Shown here one piece after another: positions 1-11,252 of a DNA stretch of 64,000 nt. The DNA lies in NCBI GenBank assembly GCA_030295235.1, contig AP026127.1:930001-994000 (forward strand). The letters are read 5' to 3'. The stretch's first letter is position 1, and each line of letters begins with the position of its first letter. The translations under genes and the position numbers were made by a program. The notes under the pieces were generated by a model. That model ran no database searches and was not told the origin of the DNA. It saw only the letters and a list, made by a program, of their open reading frames with translations. The stretch is from Fistulifera solaris. Taxonomy: Eukaryota.

Positions 1-537
1 GCCACCTAAGCCGGGATCTTTTGAACGATGCAGGGAAGCTGTTTCGTCGTACGGCACTGGCGAGTATTCTTCGACATTGAAAATGCCCAAGAAGGAGTTG
101 GCGGCCGCTCCAAAGCCCGGAGACGCCACATTGACGTGTCCGTAACCCTCATGATCCATTTGCAATGATTCTGCGTCCCAGGTGTATTCATCCCATAAGA
201 AATTCCATTTCTCTGGACTGTATTCTCGCGCGTGACTTTCAATGTCAATGATGGGGATGACGACATCACCATACTCTTGCAACAGGTCACCCTTTCGGAA
301 ATCTCTACCAGCGTACATACCCAAACCAGCGCCGGGGATGGTCGACGGGGCTAACCAGATGCCGCACTCGGAATTTGGGTTTGAAGGAAGAGGCACTGTT
401 TCTTCCGAGATGCCTGCTTCGATAAGTGCATCTTGAGCCAGGGATCGAGTCGATGCGGCGTATTCAATCGATGATGCGTGAACGATGGCGAAGGCTCCCG
501 CAACAAGAGTGAGCCACATTTTTAAGCTTGGCATCAT
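1..537 (-). CDS. Secreted SET-domain-like protein of the diatom-expanded type (3' end runs off the window)
   Basis: My own translation from ATG 537: signal peptide MMPSLKMWLTLVAGAFAIVHA, then ECGIWLAPSTIPGAGLGMYAG...GDVVIPIID...LWDEYTW...SPGFGAAANS...LHRSKDPG. Open to base 1. Confidence 0.7.
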   Translation of the reverse strand, partial: MMPSLKMWLTLVAGAFAIVHASSIEYAASTRSLAQDALIEAGISEETVPLPSNPNSECGIWLAPSTIPGAGLGMYAGRDFRKGDLLQEYGDVVIPIIDIESHAREYSPEKWNFLWDEYTWDAESLQMDHEGYGHVNVASPGFGAAANSFLGIFNVEEYSPVPYDETASLHRSKDPGLGG

Positions 538-1286
538 TCACTGATAATTCGAGAGATAACGAATTACAGTGCAACAGTTGTATTCTTTGACTTTGCTTTC
601 GAAATTATTCGGTGGCAATTCCGAACAACAACTTTTGGAACGGATCAATCATCTACACAAATGTATCGAGACTATAATTTTCAACGGTTACTACCGGTAC
701 CCAGCATAGTTTCTACTTAGTCACATCTTGTCCCAGTGTCGTTCCGCTTTAGCAGGGCTTCGATTATTCAGTCATGAGGAGGAGTCATGAATCATTATGT
801 ACTCGTTGAGCCAATAGACCCATTCAACTACAAGGAAGGAGATCAAAACGTAACTTTTTTTAAAGATCGATAGAAATGCTATTCATGTTGGATTCATGAG
901 CTTTAGACATACCCTTACTTAATTCTTTGAATACTGGTAGCCCAACGCGTCGAACACACCACGTACCCGGTAGCACTTGCCCGCAAGTATACAAGAAGGT
1001 GACGGTGAATGCTTTTGATTCCTTTGCGGCTTCATTTACTTCTCACTTTGTGAATTAACGTATCCTGTGCTGGAAACAAGTCCGTTTTCCGTTCAAAATG
1101 GTGGCTTTTTTCTCTGATGCAAAATAGAAATATTACAGAATAGTAAGTATTGACTCATAATAGATTAATTTCTTAGGCTTCTCTATTCACAACAACTGCA
1201 TATCCAAACAAATAATAGGAGTAGCAGTCAAGGCACATGATGCCAGATTGCCAAACAGGATCGCAGTACGAGCGATTTTAGCGAGT

Positions 1287-1907
1287 TTATGAGGAGGCAA
1301 GAGGTGCAACAATTGCGGCTCTCTCTTCGGAAGATTGCGACCACGATTGTAACAGTGATGAATCTACGTCGAAGTCATTGGACTTCGTAGGTAAATTCAG
1401 CATATCCATGTATTTTGTGTTCGCTTGTTCAACCTCCACCAAGACCTCATTCACCTCTTCAGAGGATCGTGCTCCCCACGAGCGCAAAAGTGCGTTTGGT
1501 TTTGGTTCAGTAGCCGTTTCATCCACGAAATTTACCACCGAGGATGCTATTGTAGTGGATGGAGATGATTGCGGCGGGGAAGATTGCGCTCCTGCTAGCA
1601 AGTTCGTGTCCCGGCATGCAGATTGGTCATTGATAAGCGCAGAGCTCGCTTTCCACGAACGCAGCAATGCGTGCTGTCGTGATGCAGGCGTCTCCGTCTC
1701 TAATGATTCCGGCGCTGACGATACGGGGGAGGATTCAGAGGACGCTGATAGCGAAGATTCAACCGCTACGTAGGAAGCCGCATCCGAGTCCGTTTCGCGT
1801 GACACCTCGGATAGTTGCTTCAACCGCTCTTCTTCCTTTTCCTCTCGTCGTCGTTTCTCCCAAACCTTGTATCCGACAACAGCAACAGGTATCAAGAATA
1901 AAACCAT
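1287..1907 (-). CDS. Hypothetical Ser-rich protein with N-terminal membrane anchor
   Basis: 206-aa ORF with a hydrophobic N-terminus and three copies of an LL(R/Q)SW motif. Confidence 0.55.
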   Translation of the reverse strand: MVLFLIPVAVVGYKVWEKRRREEKEEERLKQLSEVSRETDSDAASYVAVESSLSASSESSPVSSAPESLETETPASRQHALLRSWKASSALINDQSACRDTNLLAGAQSSPPQSSPSTTIASSVVNFVDETATEPKPNALLRSWGARSSEEVNEVLVEVEQANTKYMDMLNLPTKSNDFDVDSSLLQSWSQSSEERAAIVAPLASS

Positions 1908-2466
1908 ATTGTTTATATTCTTTGTTCAATGAAGACTTCGCAGCACAGAAGAAAAAAAGGCACTTTGTCGTTGAGATGATGGAAAAGACCGTGTCGTTCG
2001 CTGATGACGGCGCGGAACTTTTTTCGAAGACTTTTCGAACAAGGCGAACTTGTTTCGGAAATGCAGCTGGTTAAGAATACATAGGAAACGCGGTACCCGT
2101 TGTTCCTGTCCGAGACCTAATGACCGAAATTGCTCCTACTGTTTCTACTTCACGTATCACGTATTTAAGACATCACGGTCTTGCCCTATCTATGTATTGA
2201 TGTCTGTCTGTGCTGAAATGTAGGAGCTCGAAAAAACCATCCGAGTTCGTGAGAATACCGCTCAGCTATGCTTAGGATACTCATTTTACTACAGCAGAAT
2301 CCGTGTCCGAAATAATAAGAAACAAATGGCGGCGAAACTCATGTGTGCTATTGTCATGTTGTTGCATCTTCAAGTGCAGCAAGAATTCATTCCATTGAAA
2401 GAACTATCTCTGCGTTGAGGTGGAATTAAACTTGCTGAAGTCAAGCGAAGGAGAGTATTAAATCCA

Positions 2467-3558
2467 ATGCCTCAATATCTGCGAGTACGTCGTCGACGAA
2501 ATGCGTCTACAGCAGCTATGCTTCGTCTCGAAGGACTCATGGACCCAGACGCTGTCAACAACAAGAGGAACAGGGATATTTCGCGAGAAGAAGAAGCCTT
2601 TTCCGGAATGAATTTGTCGGAGGATAGTCAAACTGAGAGTTGCGTTGATTCTTCTGAAGCATCTCTTCCGCAACGGAAAAAGATGAAACGGAGCGCCATT
2701 TGGCGTCACGTAGAATCGACGACGACAGTGCCATCTCCGACGAATGTGCAATTCATTGATGCCGTACTGGAAGATGACGAAATCGCTACTTCCAAGCGAC
2801 GAAGGACGAGTCAAAAGCTTACTTTGATCGACACGAGCACTATCAGTAGTTTCGCCCCCGTTGAAACAACTAAGAAATCATCATATAAAGTACTCAATCC
2901 ACTGGAACGTATGGTTGATGATTCGTTGAAAGAGGTAATTGCTGGCTCGAAGTCGGCATATGTACACTGGAACTGGTGTCGGAATGATAGCAACTTCCTG
3001 AACGATCGCGCGAAGTACATACAGTGGTGTGGACAAGGGAATTTATTGCATGCATGTGCACTTTGGAATAACACGGAGACTGCTAGTGAATTGCTGATGT
3101 GGGCTGCTGCGCAAGGTTCGGTAGAAATGTTAACCCAAGCTGTTGACGCGGAAGGGAACATCCCGTACAGAACAGCTCAACTGGTAGGACACGACGCCGT
3201 TGCCGACGTGATCGCATCATTTGGTGGGGACGACGATTATGTGTACGATGTTTACTGTTTAGACGAAAGCCCTCCCGATGATGACGACAGCAATCTCTCA
3301 TCATTAGCAGAAAATCCTGAGCAAGTAAAACTCTGTCATTTGGAAAACGGGGTTGGGTACTGGGACGAAAAAGGTGAATTAGTTGTAGAAATTCCAGCGC
3401 CCGAAACTGGTTTTCGTCCCATTGACCAAGACGATGGAGACGAAGACTCGAACAGTGAAAACTGGGATGGGAACGACTATCCTGATGACGAAGAGTCGGA
3501 GGATAGCGACGAAGAAGACGATGGTACCTTTCGCAATGCAGCAGCAGATTGGTCTTGA
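2467..3558 (+). CDS. IWR1: IWR1-like RNA polymerase II nuclear import factor with an ankyrin-like insert
   Basis: Iwr1 signatures DYVYDVY and DEDSNSENWDGNDYPDDEE, plus an N-terminal LRVRRRR motif. Ankyrin-like segments LLHACALWNN and DAEGNIPYRTAQLVGH. Confidence 0.7.
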   Translation: MPQYLRVRRRRNASTAAMLRLEGLMDPDAVNNKRNRDISREEEAFSGMNLSEDSQTESCVDSSEASLPQRKKMKRSAIWRHVESTTTVPSPTNVQFIDAVLEDDEIATSKRRRTSQKLTLIDTSTISSFAPVETTKKSSYKVLNPLERMVDDSLKEVIAGSKSAYVHWNWCRNDSNFLNDRAKYIQWCGQGNLLHACALWNNTETASELLMWAAAQGSVEMLTQAVDAEGNIPYRTAQLVGHDAVADVIASFGGDDDYVYDVYCLDESPPDDDDSNLSSLAENPEQVKLCHLENGVGYWDEKGELVVEIPAPETGFRPIDQDDGDEDSNSENWDGNDYPDDEESEDSDEEDDGTFRNAAADWS

Positions 3559-3642
3559 AGTACAGTGGGTGTGAAGGCAAGTTGCATTTGTGTATCTGCC
3601 GGTTAACCTGGTAGCGTGGTTTTACATTAGCAATGCCTTTCT

Positions 3643-5094
3643 TTACCAATTCTCCATGACTGCAACACAGTCGCCAACCGTCGCGGCCCCTCCTGTTAAT
3701 CGTTGCGCCATTTCTGTGACTTGTGGACGATTAGTACGTAGCAATAGATCGGCTTCGGCGTAGGCCCATTGAAGTAAATCCTCTCGTTCTTTTGGATTGT
3801 TTCTCCACCAGAGATCGGGACTGTTGGCTAGTTCTGGTAATTCTTCCAAACGATCCAAAAAACCAGCTGCCTCCCGGGGATCTGACATGATTAACTGAGG
3901 GTAGAAAGCACTTTCCATTGCCACTGGCGCCATGAGCCATACCAACATACGTAAAATTCCCGAACTGGTGAGGAGTGAGTCGACCGGACTGTCTTCTTGA
4001 ATGGATTCAACGACGAGCACGGAACTTTCGTATGCGTTTGGTCGAAACGCAAAGCAGGGTAGTCCGAGAACATAAGCAGCGTATAAAGCGGCCGCTTCGC
4101 ATCTCGATTCACGTTCGGCGTCTACGGTCAGCAGCCGTGTCAAGCCCCGTACAACGTTTCCCGTCCACTTTCCTGAACCCAGTCCCAAGGGAAGCGTGTC
4201 TTTCGCAGGCAATTTCCAATCATCCTTATCCATTTCTTTGGCAGCCCACTGCGTTGCTTGGGTGAGAATATCATAGAAATTATCAACAACACCAACCGAA
4301 ATCGCTCCCCACAATAAAACATTCGTTAGTGGCGTAATATCGCTCATACCCAACACGTTCGTGGTAGTGCAAACCGCAAGAAACGTCCCAAATGACAACG
4401 CTGCCGTTGTTTCTTCAACACGATTATCGGATGGTACGGCATCGACACTTTGCAATCGTTCTCGCCGAGTTTTGACAGTGCCGTCGGGGCATTTTACCGT
4501 CGTCGTAGGCGTGGCGGGAAGTAGCAATAGATCCGCCTGTTGTGCACCGTACTGAGCAATCCCTTGGCGATTACGTCGACACAACGAGAGCACTGCCGCC
4601 ATAGTGGGAGCGTCTTGTGTTTTGACCGTAGACTATAACATCGAATGGGAAAGAGGTGTTGAATGTGAGCGTCCATTCAGCGTCTTCATTTTTTAACAAC
4701 AAAACTTACATCAACAAGCGCCATTAAAGATCGAGGGCTAGCTGGAATATTTTTCTCGTTCATTTCTTGCACCAACTGCATCGGATCCTGCAAAGCTTGT
4801 TTATCGAGATTGTTGCTTTTGTTGTCATCGAGTAATTTAGCGCACAGCCCTGTCAAGACAGCATCGTATTGATCCGGTAAAGAGAGCGCAGCGAAGGCCG
4901 AAAAACAGTTGCGTCTTTTCTTCGGTGATAGCTAACGAATTGCTGGTAGAGGAATCATCGCCATTCACCGACAATCTTGTGCTCGTCACAAAAGATGTTG
5001 TTTGCGTCAATCGAGGCGAAAAGGCGTAACAGTTCTGGTTTAACAATAATAAGAGCGTCACGCAGCAGTTTCGAAAGAGAATGGACAATGTCAT
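3643..5094 (-). CDS. Plastid-targeted M41/FtsH-protease-like (VIR3-family-like) membrane protein with a degenerate metal motif; homopolymer frameshift near 4905
   Basis: Signal peptide ending in CYA-FSP (diatom ASAFAP-like motif). Downstream ERESRCEAAALYAAYVLGLP...LVWLMAPVAMES...WAYAEADLLL...ATVGDCVAVME matches the family layout. Confidence 0.6.
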
Positions 5095-5435
5095 CGCGAT
5101 AGAATCATGAATCGTTTACAAGTGAGGATTCAATGAGTAATGATGAAAAGCAAGGGAAAAGAATGACGGTCTATTTGCGTGCAAGTTGAACGTTGTGATT
5201 TGTGATGTTTTTTTGCGAGCATCGCAGATAGATCACAAATTAGATGTCACAGTGGCTACGAATGTCTGTCATCCGTACGTATGCAGCACGCAGCCTCCTC
5301 TTTTCGCATCATCGCGAATCGCGATACCTGGTAAGGTTACCAGGCACAGCACGAAGCCAATATATTTTGTTCGACTGTAATTGTTGTTACGGCTGTACTT
5401 CTTCGCGTTTGTTTTACTTTTATTTACTAGACACA

Positions 5436-5831
5436 ATGGGTGGTGGCGGATGGTACTATGTTCCGAAGGTAAGGAGAGGGCGTTGTGCGTAAAGAAGAAA
5501 CGCAGAAGTTAAAGTTGTCGCTTTTTTGCTTGTTAGTACGATAGTACGATTATCCTTCTTCTGACGTGACTCTCGTCTTCACAATATCTTCCATTTGCGA
5601 TTTCATATTATTCATCATTAGGTTTGGTCCCCTGCTGGAGGATGGTGGAACAATCCGGCGAACTGGAAACGAAATACAGGCATCGCCGGTGCCGTAGTAG
5701 GCATTTTGGCAGTGGGTCTCTTTCAATTATCGAGCAGTCGTGAACGGCGTCCCATTCCACCGCCGTGGCATATTCCCAGTCAGTATTGGTGTAGACATGC
5801 TGTAGAAGACGATCCGCGCTTGGCGAAATAA
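5436..5831 (+). CDS. Small mitochondrial complex I accessory subunit (At4g00585/NUUM-like), 80 aa, 2 exons
   Basis: Exon 1 5436-5468 (MGGGGWYYVPK), GT-AG intron 5469-5621, exon 2 5622-5831 (VWSPAGGWWNNPANWKRNT-TM-ERRPIPPPWHIPSQYWC). Not captured by the ORF track. Confidence 0.8.
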
Positions 5832-6120
5832 GAATAGAAACATATGGCTTCGGCGATGCTTCTTTTTTAAAAAAGTCAATTACAACTTTTTATGCTGATA
5901 AATAAGCCAGATCTTTGGTGTTGACATTAACTCATTAGTGTCTTATAATAGGAGCTAGGCGAGAGCATAATACTGGAGTGAATAGTTAGAAGGATTCTGC
6001 AAATAATACAAAGCCATACATCTTTTATTATAATTGTTGCTGAATGTGCCCTAGCCACCTTGACGATAATCCCCCTTTTCCTCCGTCGTCTTTCCTTCCC
6101 TTACTCGATCAAACGTCGCT

Positions 6121-6543
6121 TCACCAGACCTTCCACCATGGCTTTTTCCGAGGCGCACTATTGTCATCTTCATCTTCATATCTATCAGGATCGTAATCAC
6201 CGGCTTTAAACTTCTTCAGCATATCTTGCGATTCTTGTGTTTGCTTCTCTTCCTTTTCGTGTCTTTCTTGTGCAACCATTGCTTCTTGTCGTAAAGACGC
6301 GATCGGGTCGTCGCCGGCAGCGGCTTGTCCGACGGCACGCATACTGTAATAGGCTACACCCCCACAGAAACTTAAAAGAACCACAGCTAAGCCGGCGTTT
6401 CTTACATGTGTACCAGTCGAGACCAAAGCAGTATCTGGTTCGATTGGTGAGGGAGCCGCGCTGCTGCCCTTGAACCGCCGGGCCGTCAAATGTCGTACGA
6501 CGGTTCGCGTCAACGGCGTCAAACGAGCTGCGGAAATTGACAT
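6121..6543 (-). CDS. COA3/CCDC56-like cytochrome c oxidase assembly factor
   Basis: Arg/Thr-rich mitochondrial presequence from ATG 6543, then RNAGLAVVLLSFCGGVAYYSMRAVGQ followed by a coiled coil. Confidence 0.6.
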   Translation of the reverse strand: MSISAARLTPLTRTVVRHLTARRFKGSSAAPSPIEPDTALVSTGTHVRNAGLAVVLLSFCGGVAYYSMRAVGQAAAGDDPIASLRQEAMVAQERHEKEEKQTQESQDMLKKFKAGDYDPDRYEDEDDNSAPRKKPWWKVW

Positions 6544-8748
6544 AGTTTTCTTAAAGAGTGGTACCTGCTTTCGCTGCGAATACAATTGGCCAAAATAATG
6601 AAACGAAAGTGGAATAATAAGGTTCAATAACCACAGCTGATTGCTTAGTTGTTCTGAGTTCTGACCAAGCATTCGAAAGACGAAAAGTGATGCAAAAACA
6701 TGCAAAAATATTGCGATAAAACGTACGACTTGCAGACAGGGGACAAAGCAAAATGCCAAGACGATTTCCCCCTCATTGGGAAACGGGTTCCGGGCTTGCC
6801 CTCCACTAGCACTAGGGCTCTCAAGTCCTAGAACTCACTCGGCAAAATGCCAAATTGGAATCGGAATATTTGTGACAAAAGAGAAAAAACAGTGGAAAAT
6901 TCAGTCGAATGAGAAAATTCATTCGGACTTTAGGAAATTAGGAATAAATATTTAGGATTGTGTTAGTGTTCAAACGTCACAACTCATTCACAATGTCGTC
7001 ATGATGTCATGATTTAGTTCAGTCCCGTTATTCGTTTTTCTACGATAGCCGGTTTTTAACAATCTTCTTGCGAGTAGTCTCTATTCAGGGAGACACGGGA
7101 ACGCACCTCTGCTTGGTACATTTTTCTACGGAAGCCTACGTGAATGTACACTTTTTCCCTAACCTTCCAGGAAAAGTGCTCAATCGAAAGGGAAATAGGC
7201 GGGTACCAGGTAGCAGGTAGAGGTCGTAGATTTTGCTTTCTTTCTCTCTTCGTAGACTAGATATGATGATTTGACATGAAAGCAAAAAAAACGTTAATTT
7301 TGGGAATGAGAAGAACCACTTGCCTCCCAGAAAAGCTAAATTAGCCTTGCCACTTTCGTCATCTTTGGCGTTGACGTCAATCTAGCTGAGGTTTCGTTAG
7401 AAGGAGCAGCCGCAATCAGACTCAAATGTAGAGGATAACCAAGTATGATTGAAAAGACTCACTCTCAACAACAACAATTTGCAATGAAATACTCCGTATC
7501 AAATTATAACTCTAATGTGTTCTCTAATTCACTCTTGGGTAAAAACTACTCCGTACCCTTCGTTGTCGAGAGAGACCTCTACTAGAGAGACTGAGAGCTG
7601 AGACAAGAGTCTCAAGCCTCAAGCATACATGCAAAATACAAGTCACCAATCTACAAGTCTTTAAAGGTCTCTCTCTAGAGCATCTTCGGTCTCCGACGTC
7701 TCCGATCTTCGTTCCGCCTTTGGTCTCACTTCTCACTTCTCACTGGTTGTTTGTTGCTGTGTTGCTGTCATGGTAACTTTAACATTTATTGGAATTCAGC
7801 TACTGTGACTGACATGTGATACGGATATACTTTACGTCTAAGGTTAAACTTCTAAGTCTAAGTCTCAATTGTTAGAACACGGTCTACGATCTACGAACTA
7901 GGACGAAGGACGAAGACCTTGGGGCTGGGGGCGCTGGGGCTGATTGCTGATTGGGAGTTGTGAGTTGTGAGACGAGAGACGAGTCAGCGAGTCAGTGAGA
8001 GCTGAGAGTAAAGACAGCTGTATGCACTTGTATGACGTGAAGTGTAAAGACAGTTGGGAGGAACAAAGATGGCATGCGACGCCGCAAGATTGCGAGTGAG
8101 AGTTAAGCGTTGAGAGTTGCGAGATTTAGTGCTTAGTGTAGGTGGGAGGTGGGAGCGGGAGGCGGGAGCTTAAAGTAAAACGTAAAACGGCCTGGCTAAG
8201 GTGAAGTCTTTTTTTAAAAAAAAATCTCAAATGGAGAGCGTAGACAGAGGTGAAGAGGAGAAAGAGAAAGAGTGAATGGGATTGTGATTGTGAGTTGTGA
8301 GGAATGTAGCGAACAGCGAATAGAAATTTTAGAATACAGTATTACAGTATTACAATGGAGAATAGAGCTAGCTCAATAAGACTGAATACGGCAATGGGAA
8401 TCGGGACTACAGAGCTACTGCTACTGTGCTTCCACTTAACTGTGAGCATTATGAAAAGACAAGGAATAATCGATGAATGGCAGAAACGCACGTACGGAGC
8501 AAGGTCCCCCGTCTACAAAATATCATCTAGTTCATTGAGATAATGTACTACAATCTTCATATTATAAACAATGGCCTTTCGTTGTGTGTTCGCAATTATT
8601 GGACAAGAACAAAGTTTTATTGGGTCTTCGATCTTGCAAACACCGCATCTTTTTTTGGATAGACGAGGCTCCAAGTCTCTTCATAAAAGATCGATGATCC
8701 GTTTTCTAATTTATACTCCGTAATAACTTTCTCCACCGCAAACACATC

Positions 8749-9501
8749 ATGCATGCCTCGGATATCTTGAAATTAAATAACCGCGGCGTTGAATTGCTCC
8801 GACTCGGCAAATTGTCCAACGCCGAGCAACTATTTCGCCAATGCCTGTTGGGAAGCTTAACAGAGTTCATTCCTTGCAATCAAACCTTCCATCATCCTTT
8901 CTGCTCGGCGGCGGGTACACAGACTGCCTTCATTCCACTCGAGCAGCAAGTTGGTCATGAAGAAAACTATTTCGGGAGCAATACTATTCCCCACACGCAA
9001 GGACTTTGTTTGGATGAGTCTGTTTTAAAGATCTACGATGACACTGTTGCCACGCAATCGATTATCTCCGCGATATTCATCTACAACCTTGGCGTAGTCG
9101 ATTTGTGCTTCACTTTCAAACAGTTAACTTCTTCGGGTGCACCAAAGCTCACGCCGTCAAGAAGAGAGCAACTACTCTGCCGCGCCCTGTGTTTATTTGA
9201 AAAAGCCATTTTCATTTTGGAGCGAACAGGAATTGCGGGAGTTACTAATGTGGCCATTGCGGATTTCTTTATGGTGGCTCTGTACAATAATGTAGGCTGC
9301 ATTTTAGTTGAAGTCGGGCAGTTTGCTGCAGCCAAGGTGGCGTTCGGGAAGGTTACTCGAATGGCGATCGCTCTTCAACGCTTTCTGTTGGCGGAAGAGG
9401 AAAAGAATCATGAAATAATGGATTGTATGAAAGGCCATCTTGAAAGCTTCACTCTCAACGCGTTGCTGCATCAAGAGCCTAGTTCAGCAGCCGCTGCTTA
9501 G
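8749..9501 (+). CDS. Hypothetical helical (TPR-like) protein
   Basis: 250-aa ORF with LNNRGVELL, IYNLG and LYNNVGCI helical motifs and a C-terminal AAAA. Confidence 0.6.
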   Translation: MHASDILKLNNRGVELLRLGKLSNAEQLFRQCLLGSLTEFIPCNQTFHHPFCSAAGTQTAFIPLEQQVGHEENYFGSNTIPHTQGLCLDESVLKIYDDTVATQSIISAIFIYNLGVVDLCFTFKQLTSSGAPKLTPSRREQLLCRALCLFEKAIFILERTGIAGVTNVAIADFFMVALYNNVGCILVEVGQFAAAKVAFGKVTRMAIALQRFLLAEEEKNHEIMDCMKGHLESFTLNALLHQEPSSAAAA

Positions 9502-9938
9502 CATTCAGTGTACCCCTATCCATAATCCTGCATCTTAAAAGCTATAGTATCATTTTTGTTTCGTTTACCGTACAAATGTTTCAAATGACAACGCAGATAC
9601 GGGTCGTATATGATGCCAACTGAGAACGAAACTAGGACCGCGCATACTCGGCCATCAGGTCGTCCAGCGCGAACGCAATCCCCCGCAATCGTCAACTTTC
9701 CTCGGTATGATTGATAAGCGGAGAGCCTGGGACAGCAACAAGCTGCAAAGCAGACTGAATTCATGAAATCCTGGTTTCCGTGGTGGGTCCTTAATCATGA
9801 AAAACAGTCGTAGCGTACTCACAAAACCATCCAAGCTTGCTTTTCGAGATCACTTTTTCTTTGATGACCGCTGGGAAGTAGCGTGTGACAGGGCTCTTTC
9901 TCTTCCTTGCCTACTTGTTTCTAGTCCGTGATTTTGTT

Positions 9939-10810
9939 TCATTTGCAAAGATAAGATGTAGGAAACTGATAAGCTCGAACATAGTCGACCGTCATTTCCA
10001 TTGGGAAAACCATTGAAGGATCCACAGTGCCGCCCCAACCACCGACAGCAACATTTAATATGATAAAGAATGGATGATTGAATACCCAAGGATCCGGTGT
10101 AAGAGTCGCGAAATGACGGTCGTCGAGCAAGTAACGCAGCTCAGTGTCCGTCCATTCCAGAGCATAGAGATATGAAAGCCGTCCGTGATGCCGTAAACAT
10201 CCGCATGTTCCGAGTTTCCACCGCTGTATCCCGGTCCGTGCGCAGAACTTCGCGTCGCGTTGCCGCGTGTTTGAGGAAAGCCATAGCCATTGAGATTGTA
10301 GACCCATTCCATGATATCAATCTCTCCGCAACCGGGCCATCCGACGGATTCGAAATTCGCACCCAGCATCCAAAACGCCTGCCACAAGCCCGAAAATTGA
10401 CGCGGAAGTCGAATTCGAGCTTCGATACGTCCGTACTGAAATTCTCGTTTTCCTTTGGTAAGGAGACGCGCCGAAGTATAGGCGTTCGTTTCGTATTGTT
10501 CCTTTCGCACGACGATATGAAGAAGGCCATCTTTAACGAAGCTATTTTCTCGACGATCGGTATGATATTGAAGCTCGTTATTGCCCCATCCCCATCCTCC
10601 TGTATCGTATCCCCAAGACTCCGGATCCGGGGCACCATCGACATCAAATTCATCGCTCCATACTAATTCGGTTGCGTCCTTGTTGAAGCGCGGAAAGTTG
10701 ATCCATTGAGACGAGACGTCGGACGCCGTCGTCAATTCGCTGCGATTGATTGCTTCGATTGCAACACAGCAGCACGATAGATAAAGCCACTGCTTCGCTC
10801 GAATAATCAT
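9939..10810 (-). CDS. GH16 beta-1,3-glucanase (laminarinase-like), secreted; frameshift near 10170
   Basis: Motifs WSDEF, GGWGWGNNELQY, YTSARL and catalytic EIDIME. The C-terminal FNHPFFIILNVAVGG...DYVRAYQ lies in a second frame. Confidence 0.85.
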
Positions 10811-11252
10811 AGCCGAGGACACATGAGTTGCACAGCAGAATTCGTTCGAGGTCACTTGGTAAAGGTTATGCTAGAGGATGAATGATAAATGATAAATGAA
10901 GATGGAGCGCAGTGCAACAGATAAAAAAAGATCGTCCACAACTTCGTGAAAAGTCCAAAGTCCAATCTGGTTTCCGTTGTACTGTACTGTACCAGGTAAC
11001 GGTAAAAAAAAACTCTCAGCAGGCTATATCCTCAGAATGTAGAAGACCTTTGCCACGACTGTAATGTATTTCAGTCCTGAGTATCGATCTACGACGAGGA
11101 AAAAATCGCGTGTTATGCGCGTTGCGCTATTTTGGGGCATAGATATGATGCGATGCGAAATAAGAAAAAGAAGACAACGCTGAAACGCTTTGTTCATTAG
11201 ATGCGGCTTCGTTATTAAACTAAAAAAATCAAATAAATTGAAAAATGAAACA

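Noticed and set aside
9939..10810. GH16 as a pseudogene or recent horizontal transfer
   Set aside because: The single small indel is compatible with assembly error. GH16 laminarinases are expected in chrysolaminarin-storing algae, and origin cannot be judged without a phylogeny.
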